A stretch of 58,156 nt of DNA from Candidatus Yanofskybacteria bacterium (GTDB lineage: Bacteria; Patescibacteriota; Minisyncoccia; JACQLN01). Below are positions 23,809 to 35,180 of this stretch, one piece after another. The position numbers and the translations under genes were made by a program. The DNA lies in contig CALRHC010000004.1 of NCBI GenBank assembly GCA_943359335.1, forward strand, positions 1 through 58,156, given 5' to 3'. Position 1 is the first letter of the stretch. Each line of letters starts with the position of its first letter. Under the pieces are notes generated by a model, which had not been told where the DNA came from, did no database searches, and saw only the letters and a program-made list of their open reading frames with translations.

Positions 23809-23924
23809 ATGGGCACCGACCTACTCTTCCAGACCATCAAGGATCTAGTACCATCGGCGCTAATGCGTTTCACTTCTCTGTTCGGAATGGGAAGAGGTGG
23901 GACCACATCGCTCAAGGCACCCAA
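23809..23924 (-). rRNA. rrf: 5S rRNA
   Basis: Reverse complement TGGGTGCC...CCCATTCCGAACAGAGAAGTGAAACGC...GCCGATGGTACT...GAGTAGGTCGGTGCCCA; flanking processing stem. Confidence 0.92.
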
Positions 23925-24311
23925 ATTTTTGAAACGGAACTTATAAACACTAAAAACTGAATAAGAATGTAAATGGCACCACAAATAGAACCTTAATCAC
24001 AAAAAAGTATTGCGATCTTAGTGCTTTCGTGAACATGCTCGATTAGTACTCCTCGACTCAACACCTTGCGGTGCTTACATCTAGAGCCTATCAACCTAGT
24101 AATCTTCTAGGGAGCTACGAGATCTAATCTTGAGGGAGGCTTCGTGCTTATATGCTTTCAGCACTTATCCCGTCCGAACGCCGCTACTCAGCACTGCCAC
24201 TGACGTGACAACTGATACACGGGAGGTTCGTTCCTTCCGGTCCTCTCGTACTAGGAAGAACTCCTCTCAAATCTCTACGCCTGCAGCAGATAAGGACCAA
24301 CCTGTCTCACG

Positions 24312-24997
24312 CATGTTAATCACCTATTACTAGGTGCATGGACTATACCACCCTCTCTATTTTAGAGAGGACCGACGTGTTAGCCCTCCAATTTTACTTG
24401 GAGAACTCCGTTCTTGGCTAAAACCAAGAACAAGTCTCTACGGGGTCAATGTACGTACTTTGCGTTTCTTAGAATAATTTAATTCTCTGTAAGAATCTAC
24501 TAATTTTAGTAATAGTCTAAAATCTTTTTCTGTTTCTATCTTTGATTTTAAATCAATTATTTTAAGCATTAATTCAACTTGTTTCTTTTTAAGAATTACA
24601 AATGGCTTAATGTAGATTAAAAATTCTTTTACATCATCAATGCGATTGATAACATACTCAAGAATTCCATCTTTTCTAATACGCAATTTACCACAACCAA
24701 TCAGAGAACAAACTTCTTCGAACTTAGTTTTTCCTTTAGCTGATTGAAAGAAAACTATATACAAAGCTATTTGATAACCAAAACGATAACTCGTATTTGG
24801 TTTAGCTCTAACATAGATACTTCCATCGCCATCTAAAAAACCAGCGATATAAGCTTTTTTGATTGGTGAAAGTAATTTAAACATACACGACTTCCCTCGG
24901 TATTATCCTAACACACGACAGGTTAAATGTGTATTAGGACTTCACCGATATGAGTCGATTTATGCATCTCAACATCGCTGTTGAGAGCCGCCTTCTG
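24312..24997 (-). ncRNA. Group I intron in 23S at site L2593
   Basis: Exons rejoin as GGGTTCAAACCGT|CGTGAGACAGG; the 5' exon ends in U, the intron ends in G, and an IGS-like GGCGG lies near the intron 5' end. Confidence 0.9.
24438..24884 (-). CDS. Intron-encoded single-motif LAGLIDADG homing endonuclease (I-CreI-like)
   Basis: AYIAGFLDGDGSIYV motif, 148 aa, inside the L2593 intron. Confidence 0.93.
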   Translation of the reverse strand: MFKLLSPIKKAYIAGFLDGDGSIYVRAKPNTSYRFGYQIALYIVFFQSAKGKTKFEEVCSLIGCGKLRIRKDGILEYVINRIDDVKEFLIYIKPFVILKKKQVELMLKIIDLKSKIETEKDFRLLLKLVDSYRELNYSKKRKVRTLTP

Positions 24998-27197
24998 ACG
25001 GTTTGAACCCAGCTCGCGTACCTTTTTAATGGGCGAACAGCCCAACCCTTGGAAGCTTCTCCACCTCCAGGATAAGGTGAGCCGACATCGAGGTGCCGAA
25101 CAGTGTCGTCGATATGGACTCTTGGACACTACCAGCCTGTTATCCCCGGGGTAACTTTTATCAGTTGATCTCTGCGTTGTTCTAATACAGCGCATCGGTT
25201 CACTAACTTCCACTTTCGTGCTTGCGCGGCTCTTTGGCCTTGCAATCAAGCTGGCTTGTGCGTTTACACTATCGCGCCGATTTCCATCCGGCGCTAGCCA
25301 ACCTTAATAAACTCCTCCGTTACTTTTTAGGAGGAAAGCGCCCCACTTAAACTGCCCACCAGGCACTGTCTTTCACTGGTTTAGAGTGAAGTTAGTTTTA
25401 GTAATCTCTAAGGATGGTATCTCACTGACGACTCCATGTAATCCAAAAACTACACTTCAAAGTCTCCCATCTATGCTGCGCAAAAAGATCGCTAAAACAA
25501 TACCAAGCTGCAGTAAAGCTCCCGGGGTCTTTCCGTCTTGCTGCAGGTACCCGGCATCTTTACCGGAATTGCCCGTTCATCGGGCTTTTCGTTGAGACAG
25601 TCCCCCAGTCATTACGCCTTTCGTGCGCGTGGGAACTTACCCCACAAGGTATTTCGCTACCTTAGGACAATTATAGTTATTGCCGTCGTTCATCGGTGCT
25701 TCGGGACTTTGCATATCAGGCGAACCCAATACACATCATCCGTTAACATCCCGACACTGGACAGGCGTCAGCCCCTATACATCCTCTTACGAGTTAGCAG
25801 GGACCTGTGTTTTAGATAAACAGTTGCCAGGGGGTCGTTTGCTGCGGCCTCGCTTGCGCGAGGCAGGCCTTTTTGCGAACTTACGGCCGTTGTTTTGCCG
25901 AGTTCCTTAACGAAAATTCACCCGTTCGCCTTCGTCTACTCGACGTGTCTACCTGTTTCGGTTTTAGTACGGACGTTTGCGACTTAATCTTAGAAGCTTT
26001 TCTAGAAAGGTGGCTTTGTGAAATTGACTCTCCCGAGGGAAAATCTTTTTTAGTATCTGCAGTTTGTCATTAAAGACAGGGCTCCGGTTTTACCAAGAAC
26101 CAACCTTTGATACTGAAGCGTTAAATTCAATAATACGCTCCACATACTCACCTCCGTCACTCCATCGAAATCGCAAACGGCAAATGAATATTAACATTTC
26201 ATCCATCCCCACGATCCGTACAACGAATCATGAGTTAGGACCGGCTAACCCTTGGTTGATTTACATTGCCAAGGAAACCTTAGACTTTCGGCGATCCGAT
26301 TTCTCATCGGATTTGCGATTACTCGGGCCAACATTCTCTCTTCCTAACGCTCCAGAGGCCCTCACGGGTCCTCCTTCACTGCGGTTAGGAATGCTCTTCT
26401 ACCACGCCTTCCAACCGAAGTTGGAAGACATTCGCACGTTCGGTATTAGGCTTAGCCCCGTTAAATCTTCGGCGCATTCTCCCGTAGTAGAGTGGTGAGT
26501 TGTTACACACTCTTTAAAGGATGGCTACCTCTAAGCCAACCTTCCACCTGTTTAAGGAAGAACACAACCTTTTCCACTTAGCCTAAATTTGGGGACCTTA
26601 CATGGCGATCAGGATTCTTCTCCTCTCGACTATGGAGCTTAGCCCCCACAGTCTAACTGCCTTGATAGTCACCGCGGTATTCGGAGTTTGTTTGGAACAG
26701 ATAACTTTCGTCACCCAATCCCATTCAGTGCTCTACCCCCGCGGCTAATTACAAAGCGCTAGTCCTAAAACTATTTCGAAGAGAACCAGCTATTACCAGG
26801 CTCGATAAGCTTTTCACTTCTACCCACAGTTCATCCCCCAGTGTTGCGCGACTGGTGAGTACGGACCTCCACTCTCCTTTCGGAGAGCTTCATCCTGACC
26901 ATGGGTAGCTCGCTCTGGCTTCGGGTCTTATGCACACCACCTTTGGAAAGTAGAATGTAGTCAGTAGAAAAAATTCTACCTTCCACATTCTGCTTTCCAT
27001 ACGCCCTATTAAGACTCGGTTTCCCTATGCTTGCGTCTAACTAAAGACTTAAGCAAGCGATGTACATAAAGTCGTTGGCTCATTCTCCAAGAGGCACACC
27101 ATCACCCACTCCAACATAAATGTTGCAGTAAGGGCTTTGATTCTTTGTAGGCAATTGATTTCAGGTACTATTTCACCGCCCTTCCGGGCTACTTTTA

Positions 27198-27228
<31 letters not shown>

Positions 27229-28133
27229 ATCTCAAAAGGTATTTAGCTTTGGGAGTTTAGTCCTCCCGGTTTCACCCGAAGTTGTCGTTCCTCGGGCTAC
27301 TCAGGAATGGATAAGAACTAAGAGTTAATTTTCGCTTACAGGACTATCACCTTCTATAGTTGCTCTTTCCAGAGACATTCAGCTAACTAAAACTTGTGTC
27401 CTTGCTTACGCATAATCCATCCTACAACCCCGACCGGTCAATATGGAAATACTGCCCAATCGGTTTGAGCTGCTCCCTGTTCGCTCGCCGCTACTAAGGG
27501 AATAAACTAAACAGTTAGAGCTTTAGCCTACTAACTCCCTAGACTACGTGTGCCTAGGAAGTTAGTTTGCTAAAGATAAGTTGTAAAGTCTGACATATCT
27601 TTTCCTCTGCTTACTGAAATGTTTTACTTCAGCAGGTTCCCTTCTTGAAGTTACCAACCTCCAAGACAATTTCGGTTTACGAAATTAGATTTCTCCATTC
27701 GGAAATCCCCGGATCAAAGCCTGCTACACGGCTCCCCGAGGCTTATCGCAGCTACGCCACGTCCTTCATCGGCCTTTTGAGTCAAGGCATCCACCAATTG
27801 CCCTTAAGTTCACGAAAGCACTAAGACCACAAAATGATCCGTGCTTTCCCTCTTCCTACAATAATCGCATTTTCAAGTGATTTTAAATTCTATTCCGAGC
27901 TTCTAGAAATTTACTGTCTAGTTTCTTAGGAATTTCCTAATAAACTAAAAGCTAATAACTAAAAGCTATTTGTATGATGCCGTTTACATCTTATTCAGTT
28001 TTTAATGTTCAAGTTTATGAAAAAGAAAAAATCCCGTGAAGCGGGATCGTTTACAAACCGACTAAAACAGGACACGATCTCATTCGCTTCTATGTTTTAA
28101 ATGGTATTTTTTTAACGTCATAAACGTAAAGCC

Positions 28134-28162
28134 ATTATATTCTTTATAATACCTAGCGTCAA
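28134..28162 (-). promoter_or_regulatory. Sigma70 promoter for 23S-5S; boxA at 27999-28010
   Basis: TTGACG-17-TATAAT; downstream GAACATTAAAAA. Confidence 0.8.
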
Positions 28163-28230
28163 CCCCGTTAGAAACAGCCCGCCACTAGGCCCCTTGGGCG
28201 CGCAAAGCGCGGGCGTGGTTTCTAACGGGG
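28163..28230. mobile_element. 68-bp MITE-like element, copy 2
   Basis: TIR CCCCGTTAGAAAC/GTTTCTAACGGGG with TCAA on both sides. Confidence 0.75.
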
Positions 28231-28303
28231 TCAAGCTAAATTAGGTGATAATACAGTTCAAAAATAGGATTGACGAATCAAGGTTTTTAGAGTATTTTTG
28301 TAT

Positions 28304-28375
28304 AGCGGGGTGGAGCAATGGTAGCTTGCCAGGCTCATAACCTGGAGGTTCCCGGTTCGAGTCCGGGTCCCGCAA
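28304..28375 (+). tRNA. tRNA-Met(CAT), probably initiator
   Basis: AGCGGGG...CCAGG-CT-CAT-AA-CCTGG...TCCCGCAA; 1:72 mismatch and A11-U24. Confidence 0.88.
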
Positions 28376-28616
28376 CTTATAAAAAAATGACATCCTTTTT
28401 TGGGTGTCATTTTTTTATTAAATTACGGACTCGAACCAGAAAGGGGTCGGGAAAACAAGTGTTTTCCCGTGGCGGAAACCTGCCTGCCGGCAGGCAGGTG
28501 TTAAAACCGAGGGGTTTTAAAGAGCGATCCGCCGACTGGCGGAAAGCGACGTGAGATTCCGGGTCCCGCAACTTATAAAATAAAACATCGAAGAATATTC
28601 TTCGATGTTTTATTTT

Positions 28617-28691
28617 TGGTGGGCGTTATAGGGATCGAACCTATGGCCTTTTCGATGTCAACGAAACGCTCTACCACTGAGCTAAACGCCC
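28617..28691 (-). tRNA. tRNA-Val(GAC)
   Basis: TTTCG-TT-GAC-AT-CGAAA anticodon arm; CCA encoded. Confidence 0.93.
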
Positions 28692-28855
28692 TAATACAGT
28701 CCGCCCTGTAGGAATTCGGTCACAACTCTCGCTCTGCTCGGTCGCGACCCCGCCTCGTCGTGCGCTTCGCGCACATACTCCGGCTTTCGAATCCTAACAA
28801 AAGAAAATAAATTTTATTTTTCAGGTCAGTTATTTTAAATATCGTAACTGTATAG

Positions 28856-28928
28856 TCCGCCCTGTAGGATTCGAACCTACGACCGTTTGCTTAAGAGGCA
28901 ACTGCTCTACCAACTGAGCTAAGGGCGG
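28856..28928 (-). tRNA. tRNA-Lys(CTT)
   Basis: TTGC-CT-CTT-AA-GCAA anticodon arm. Confidence 0.92.
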
Positions 28929-28967
28929 TTTTTTAAAAAAACTTTTTACTGCGGACTTGTCCGCCTC

Positions 28968-29045
28968 TGGCGGACCCGACCGGATTCGAACCGGCGATCT
29001 CCTCCGTGACAGGGAGGCGCTTTAAACCAGCTAAGCTACGAGTCC
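28968..29045 (-). tRNA. tRNA-Asp(GTC)
   Basis: CCTCC-CT-GTC-AC-GGAGG anticodon arm. Confidence 0.93.
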
Positions 29046-29072
29046 ATTTTATTTTTTAATCTTTCACTACTG

Positions 29073-29144
29073 TGCCTCTGGATGGAATCGAACCATCTTC
29101 TGAGCGTTATGAGTGCTCCGTTCTAACCATTGAACTACAGAGGC
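29073..29144 (-). tRNA. tRNA with CAT anticodon (elongator Met or Ile2)
   Basis: GAGCA-CT-CAT-AA-CGCTC; paired 1:72; identity cannot be resolved by eye. Confidence 0.8.
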
Positions 29145-29153
29145 CTTAAACTG

Positions 29154-29224
29154 AGCGGGATACCAGAATCGAACTGGCGCCTCCACCTTGGCAAGGTGAT
29201 GTACTACCACTATACGAATCCCGC
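29154..29224 (-). tRNA. tRNA-Gly(GCC)
   Basis: TCACC-TT-GCC-AA-GGTGG; U discriminator. Confidence 0.92.
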
Positions 29225-29266
29225 CTTCGCTAAAGCTTCGGCGGGCAAGCCCGCTTAAACTTTATG

Positions 29267-29338
29267 TGCCGCGAGTCAGAATCGAACTGACGACGCCATC
29301 CTCTTCAGGGATGCGCTCTACCACTGAGCTATCGCGGC
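29267..29338 (-). tRNA. tRNA-Phe(GAA)
   Basis: CATCC-CT-GAA-GA-GGATG. Confidence 0.93.
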
Positions 29339-29351
29339 AAAACAAACACAG

Positions 29352-29423
29352 TGGGTGTGGGAGGGATCGAACCTCCGACCTTTTCATTATCAGTGAAATG
29401 CTCTACCACTGAGCTACACACCC
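29352..29423 (-). tRNA. tRNA-Ile(GAT)
   Basis: TTTCA-CT-GAT-AA-TGAAA. Confidence 0.93.
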
Positions 29424-29644
29424 GAGATTGTATAACAAGAATAATAGTAAACAAAAACACCCTTATTATCAAGGATGTTTTTATTTTTCAGCACCATCTC
29501 TATACATTTTTTTGCAGCTTATTTTGGAGTTCCAGTTATAACCTTTCTGAAACCAGGTAGTCGTTCTTTTAAGTACTACGACCAACACTTTACGTTCCGA
29601 TATAAATATCGGAACTATCAACCTTTCTAAAGAAAATTCTCTAG

Positions 29645-31130
<1,486 letters not shown>

Positions 31131-31394
31131 AACTAAGATCGATTAACCCAATCAACTTAAAGATTAAATCTTTAAGTTATCGAATGAGTTTAAAAACCAA
31201 TCAAAAGAGTTTGTCCAAAATAAACTGCAAAAAAATAAATAGATTTGTGCTGACTCTATTCAATTATTAAGGTTCTTGGTGTATTTAAAAAACAAAATAC
31301 ACCTTCGGAAATTCCTTGGTCTTGAGTCAAGAAACTTTCGAAGATGTATCCGCTAAGTGTTTTTAATTTGTGCAGACCTGTATGTGTGTTCCCC

Positions 31395-31423
31395 ATTCTA
31401 TACGATAAGAAAAGCAGTGTCAA
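31395..31423 (-). promoter_or_regulatory. Sigma70 promoter for 16S; boxA at 31264-31275
   Basis: TTGACA-17-TAGAAT; downstream GAACCTTAATAA. Confidence 0.8.
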
Positions 31424-31501
31424 ATAAGCATTATTGACATATTTCATATGTAATTGTAATGTTTAGAATCAAATGTACCTTAACCTGCAAGGAGGCGCGG
31501 A

Positions 31502-31900
31502 ATGGCTATTAAATTTGAAATGGATTTTACGTTTCTGAAAGATGAAGCTGGAAAAATAAATGGCCTCTCTTTGGTAGCTCAGGGACATACGGAATCCGAG
31601 GTTTTCTGCAGAACTTTTCCGAAGGCTTTAGTTGAAGGTAGTGCTGAATTGCACTTTAAAGAAAGTGAAATAATATTCAAGCATCTTACCTGCCGATTCC
31701 CTGGTGAATATAGATGTGAAGTTGACCCAACAGAGATGCTTTCATTCAGAAAATTTCAAGACGAAATAGAAGCATCGGAAGGAAAAAGAAGAATGAAATT
31801 TATTCGTACAGCTACTCTTACTGCTGGATTCGCAATAAAAGAAGCAACACCCGAAGAAATTGCAAATGTTCTGTCTCCACCTACAGTCGAAAAAAAGTAA
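31502..31900 (+). CDS. Hypothetical protein
   Basis: 132-aa ORF with AAGGAGG SD, TTGACA promoter and a terminator at 31905-31931. Confidence 0.75.
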   Translation: MAIKFEMDFTFLKDEAGKINGLSLVAQGHTESEVFCRTFPKALVEGSAELHFKESEIIFKHLTCRFPGEYRCEVDPTEMLSFRKFQDEIEASEGKRRMKFIRTATLTAGFAIKEATPEEIANVLSPPTVEKK

Positions 31901-31930
31901 ACTCAAAAGGCCGCCCACAGGCGGCCTTTT

Positions 31931-32641
31931 TTATTTTACTCGCTCCTTCCTCCACTCCTCTATTTTTTTATGATCCCCCGAAAGCAAAACTTTTGGCACT
32001 CGGTATTTTTTACCTTTATATTCTAAAACCTCCGGCCGAGTATAATGCGGATATTCTAGCTGACCTCCCTTTTCTTCCCCTTTCCCCCCTTTTTCCCTTT
32101 TTAATAACCCGCTCCAGTGAGATTCTTCGGCAAGTGAATTTAGCTTAATAACCCCAGGGATTAGACGGCTCACCGCCGACACTACTGCCATTGCAGGAAT
32201 TTCGCCGTCGGTTAAAACATAAGGGCCTACCGAAATTTCTTCCGCCGAGGCGGACAAGTCTGCTTTTAAAACTTTTACAACGCGTTCGTCTATCCCTTCG
32301 TATCTTCCAGCAATAAGGATTATTTGATCAAATTTTTTAGACCAGTCGTAAGCTATTTTTTGGTTAAATTGTTTACCCTTAGCCGAAAACAAAACTATCT
32401 TGGTTTTCTTGCTTTTAGCAATACCGTCTACGGCTTTAATAATAGGATCCGCCATAAGTACCATTCCAGCTCCTCCACCATAAGGTGTATCGTCCACCTT
32501 TTTATGTTTATCTTCTGTATAATCTCGTAAGTTGTGAGTCTTTATTTCTATAAGCTTATTTTTTTGTGCACGGCCCAAAATAGATTCATTAAAATATGAA
32601 TCGAATATCTTTGGAAATATAGTAATTATTTCAAACTTCAT
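31931..32641 (-). CDS. trmD: tRNA (m1G37) methyltransferase
   Basis: VDDTPYGGGAGMVL, GRYEGIDERV, GPYVLTDGE, EYPHYTRP. Confidence 0.97.
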   Translation of the reverse strand: MKFEIITIFPKIFDSYFNESILGRAQKNKLIEIKTHNLRDYTEDKHKKVDDTPYGGGAGMVLMADPIIKAVDGIAKSKKTKIVLFSAKGKQFNQKIAYDWSKKFDQIILIAGRYEGIDERVVKVLKADLSASAEEISVGPYVLTDGEIPAMAVVSAVSRLIPGVIKLNSLAEESHWSGLLKREKGGKGEEKGGQLEYPHYTRPEVLEYKGKKYRVPKVLLSGDHKKIEEWRKERVK

Positions 32642-32687
32642 TTTATTTTTAGGATTTAGGGTTTAGAACTTAGGGTTTTAATTTGAC

Positions 32688-33941
32688 TTAGGACTTTCTC
32701 ACTATATCTGCCCCTATCTCCCTCAACCTCTCTTCCAAGTTCTCATACCCTCTATCTATATGTTCAACTCCGGAAATTGTTGTTTTGCCACTGGCTACTA
32801 GCGCCGCAATAACCATAGTCATTCCAGAACGAATATCAAAACTAGTAACCTCCTTACCAAAAAGTGAAGTCGGACCAATAATTAATGCTCTGTGTGGATC
32901 CATTATTACAGCATTCGCACCCATCTTCATAAGTTCGCGCAAATAGCTCTGGCGAGCCTCGTACATCCATTCATGCACCAAACTAGCGCCTTCCGCCTGC
33001 GTAGCTAAAACCGCAAATGGGGGCAAATGATCGCATATTAATTTTGGGTATAAACCCGATTGTATTCTAAAAGCTTTGTAATGCGAAGCTGGTGGAGAAA
33101 TAACCAAAGAATCTCCTTCCTTTTTAAAATTAACATTCATTCTTTCTAGTTGCATTAAAACAGAATCTAAATACTCAAACTGAACCGGAGTTAATTTAAT
33201 AGAACTTTTTGTAGCTGCCGCTAAAACTGCGAAAGCGCTAATTTCTAGATCATCGGAAATCACAGAAACACTAGCCGACTCCATTGGGACATTCTTCCCT
33301 GAAATCTTTAAAGTTGTAGAACCAATTCCAGAAATTTTTATGCCTGCCGAAACCAAAAAATTACATAAATTTTGAACATGCGGTTCGGCAGCTGCTAACC
33401 TAATTTCCACTTCTTCCTCCATGCCTGCCGCTAAACATAAAATATTTTCTGTAGCTGTTACAGATGGTTCTTGTAAAACTAGTTCGCCACCTTTAAGTTT
33501 ATTAACTTTTAAATGTAAATTTTCTTTTTCGTTAACATCTACGCCTAATTCTTTAAAAGCATTTAAATGTGTATCTAGTGGCCGAGCACCTATAACATCG
33601 CCCCCTGGGTAAGGCAAAACAGCTTCACCAAAACGAGCCAGCATCGGCCCTGCAAATAAAATAGAAGCTCTTAATTTTCTAGCCGAATCCGGCAACGGTT
33701 TAGATTTTAAATTATCTGTTTTTATTAAAAGCTCGTTCTCGCCTAACCATTTATATTCCCCACCTAAATAAGCAATGATTTCTAACATCATTTCTACGTC
33801 ATTTATTTTAGGCACATTGGTTAGCTTAGTTTCTTTAACCAAAACTGACGCTGCAATCAAAGGCAAAGCGGCGTTTTTAGAGCCACTTATTTTCACACTG
33901 CCTTCTAGGGTTTTCCCGCCATTTATAACAAATTTGGACAT
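32688..33941 (-). CDS. murA: UDP-GlcNAc 1-carboxyvinyltransferase
   Basis: SGSKNAALP, LRASIL, PGGDVIGARP, HIDRGYE. Confidence 0.95.
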   Translation of the reverse strand: MSKFVINGGKTLEGSVKISGSKNAALPLIAASVLVKETKLTNVPKINDVEMMLEIIAYLGGEYKWLGENELLIKTDNLKSKPLPDSARKLRASILFAGPMLARFGEAVLPYPGGDVIGARPLDTHLNAFKELGVDVNEKENLHLKVNKLKGGELVLQEPSVTATENILCLAAGMEEEVEIRLAAAEPHVQNLCNFLVSAGIKISGIGSTTLKISGKNVPMESASVSVISDDLEISAFAVLAAATKSSIKLTPVQFEYLDSVLMQLERMNVNFKKEGDSLVISPPASHYKAFRIQSGLYPKLICDHLPPFAVLATQAEGASLVHEWMYEARQSYLRELMKMGANAVIMDPHRALIIGPTSLFGKEVTSFDIRSGMTMVIAALVASGKTTISGVEHIDRGYENLEERLREIGADIVRKS

Positions 33942-34030
33942 ACAATTTTTGTAACCTTAATATACCAGTTTTACTCTATAAAACACAAAACCCCCGATTT
34001 TCATCGAGGGCTCTGTTTCCAACTCAAAAA

Positions 34031-34351
34031 TTAGAGTTTTAGGTCGTCTACAACATCATCTACCGATTGAGATCGTTCTGGTCTTGGAGGTCTTGTGCTA
34101 CCAGCTGGCTCTTCGATCTTTAAATTTACTCTGGCATTGTTTTTTGCACCCACAACACGAAGTAATGTCCTTAAAGCGCGAGCAGTGGCACCTTGTTTTC
34201 CAATAACCACACCCATATCGGCGGGACTCACTTTCAAAGTAAGTAGAACTCCCATTTCATCGACGGTACGTGTGGTAGAAACTTCATCCGGCACATTTAC
34301 CAAAGATTTAACCACAAATTCTACGAAATCTTGATCTGCGAATTTAGCCAT
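34031..34351 (-). CDS. khpA: KH-domain RNA-binding protein
   Basis: DMGVVIGKQGATARALRTLL; follows rpsP. Confidence 0.92.
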   Translation of the reverse strand: MAKFADQDFVEFVVKSLVNVPDEVSTTRTVDEMGVLLTLKVSPADMGVVIGKQGATARALRTLLRVVGAKNNARVNLKIEEPAGSTRPPRPERSQSVDDVVDDLKL

Positions 34352-34428
34352 TGCTTGTTATTCTATATTTCTGATTCTGAAAATCTGCGACCTTTATTTT
34401 GTACAAATAAAAGATACCAAAATAATTA

Positions 34429-34803
34429 TTAAGCCGCAACCTCGGCTTCAGCTACCTCCTCTTTTGATTCTTCAACTGGTTCTGTGGCTGGAGTAGATTC
34501 AGCTTTAGCTTCTGGTTTTGCTTCGCTAGCTGAACCTTTTTTGGCTTTCCAAACTTTGGTTTTTTCGCCAGCAACAACACCTAAATCTACAAACATATTA
34601 TGCAATGTTCCAGAAGGTTGAGCACCTTTTTCTATCCAATATTTAACCCTTTCTGTTTGGATCTTTTTTTCTTTGCTGTGAGGATTATAGAAACCCAAAA
34701 GTTCCAAGGTTTTACCTTGTGGTTTCCACTGGCTTTCTTGCAAAACTATTCTGAAAGAAGCCTGATGTTTTTTACCAACTCTTTGTAAGCGTATTACTAA
34801 CAT
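34429..34803 (-). CDS. rpsP: 30S ribosomal protein S16
   Basis: MLVIRLQRVGKKHQASFRIV...LGFYNP...GAQPS. Confidence 0.97.
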   Translation of the reverse strand: MLVIRLQRVGKKHQASFRIVLQESQWKPQGKTLELLGFYNPHSKEKKIQTERVKYWIEKGAQPSGTLHNMFVDLGVVAGEKTKVWKAKKGSASEAKPEAKAESTPATEPVEESKEEVAEAEVAA

Positions 34804-34870
34804 GTAGTTTATATTAAAAAATCACCCAACGGTGATAGTTTTAGGATAGTATCAGATTTTACCCAACTGG

Positions 34871-35143
34871 TCAACGACTGGTTTTCTCTAAACGCAAGAC
34901 TCTCTGCTCTAATAGCTTAAACTCATCCCGACCAACTTTTTCTTTAAGTTCGTGGCGTATTAAAGATAATTCTGCTTTAACTTCGAGCATGTCTTCTTTT
35001 AACCCTCCTACATCTTTTTTAAGCACAGATACATCCTCTTTAAGAGAATCTAAACCTTCCCCAAAAACACCAAAATCATGTCCTAGTTTTTCTAAAAGGA
35101 TTGTATTATAGTCTTTTTTTATTTTAGTTTTCTTAACCGCCAT
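34871..35143 (-). CDS. Small coiled-coil hypothetical protein
   Basis: Heptads LKEDVSVLKKDVGGLKED. Confidence 0.7.
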   Translation of the reverse strand: MAVKKTKIKKDYNTILLEKLGHDFGVFGEGLDSLKEDVSVLKKDVGGLKEDMLEVKAELSLIRHELKEKVGRDEFKLLEQRVLRLEKTSR

Positions 35144-35180
35144 ATAAACATATTCTACTCCTTAACTTGGGCTGGTCAAA

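Noticed and set aside
28362-28580. Integrated prophage or genomic island at tRNA-Met
   Set aside because: The duplicated ends are under 200 bp apart, with no integrase or cargo; reported instead as a small tRNA-linked element.
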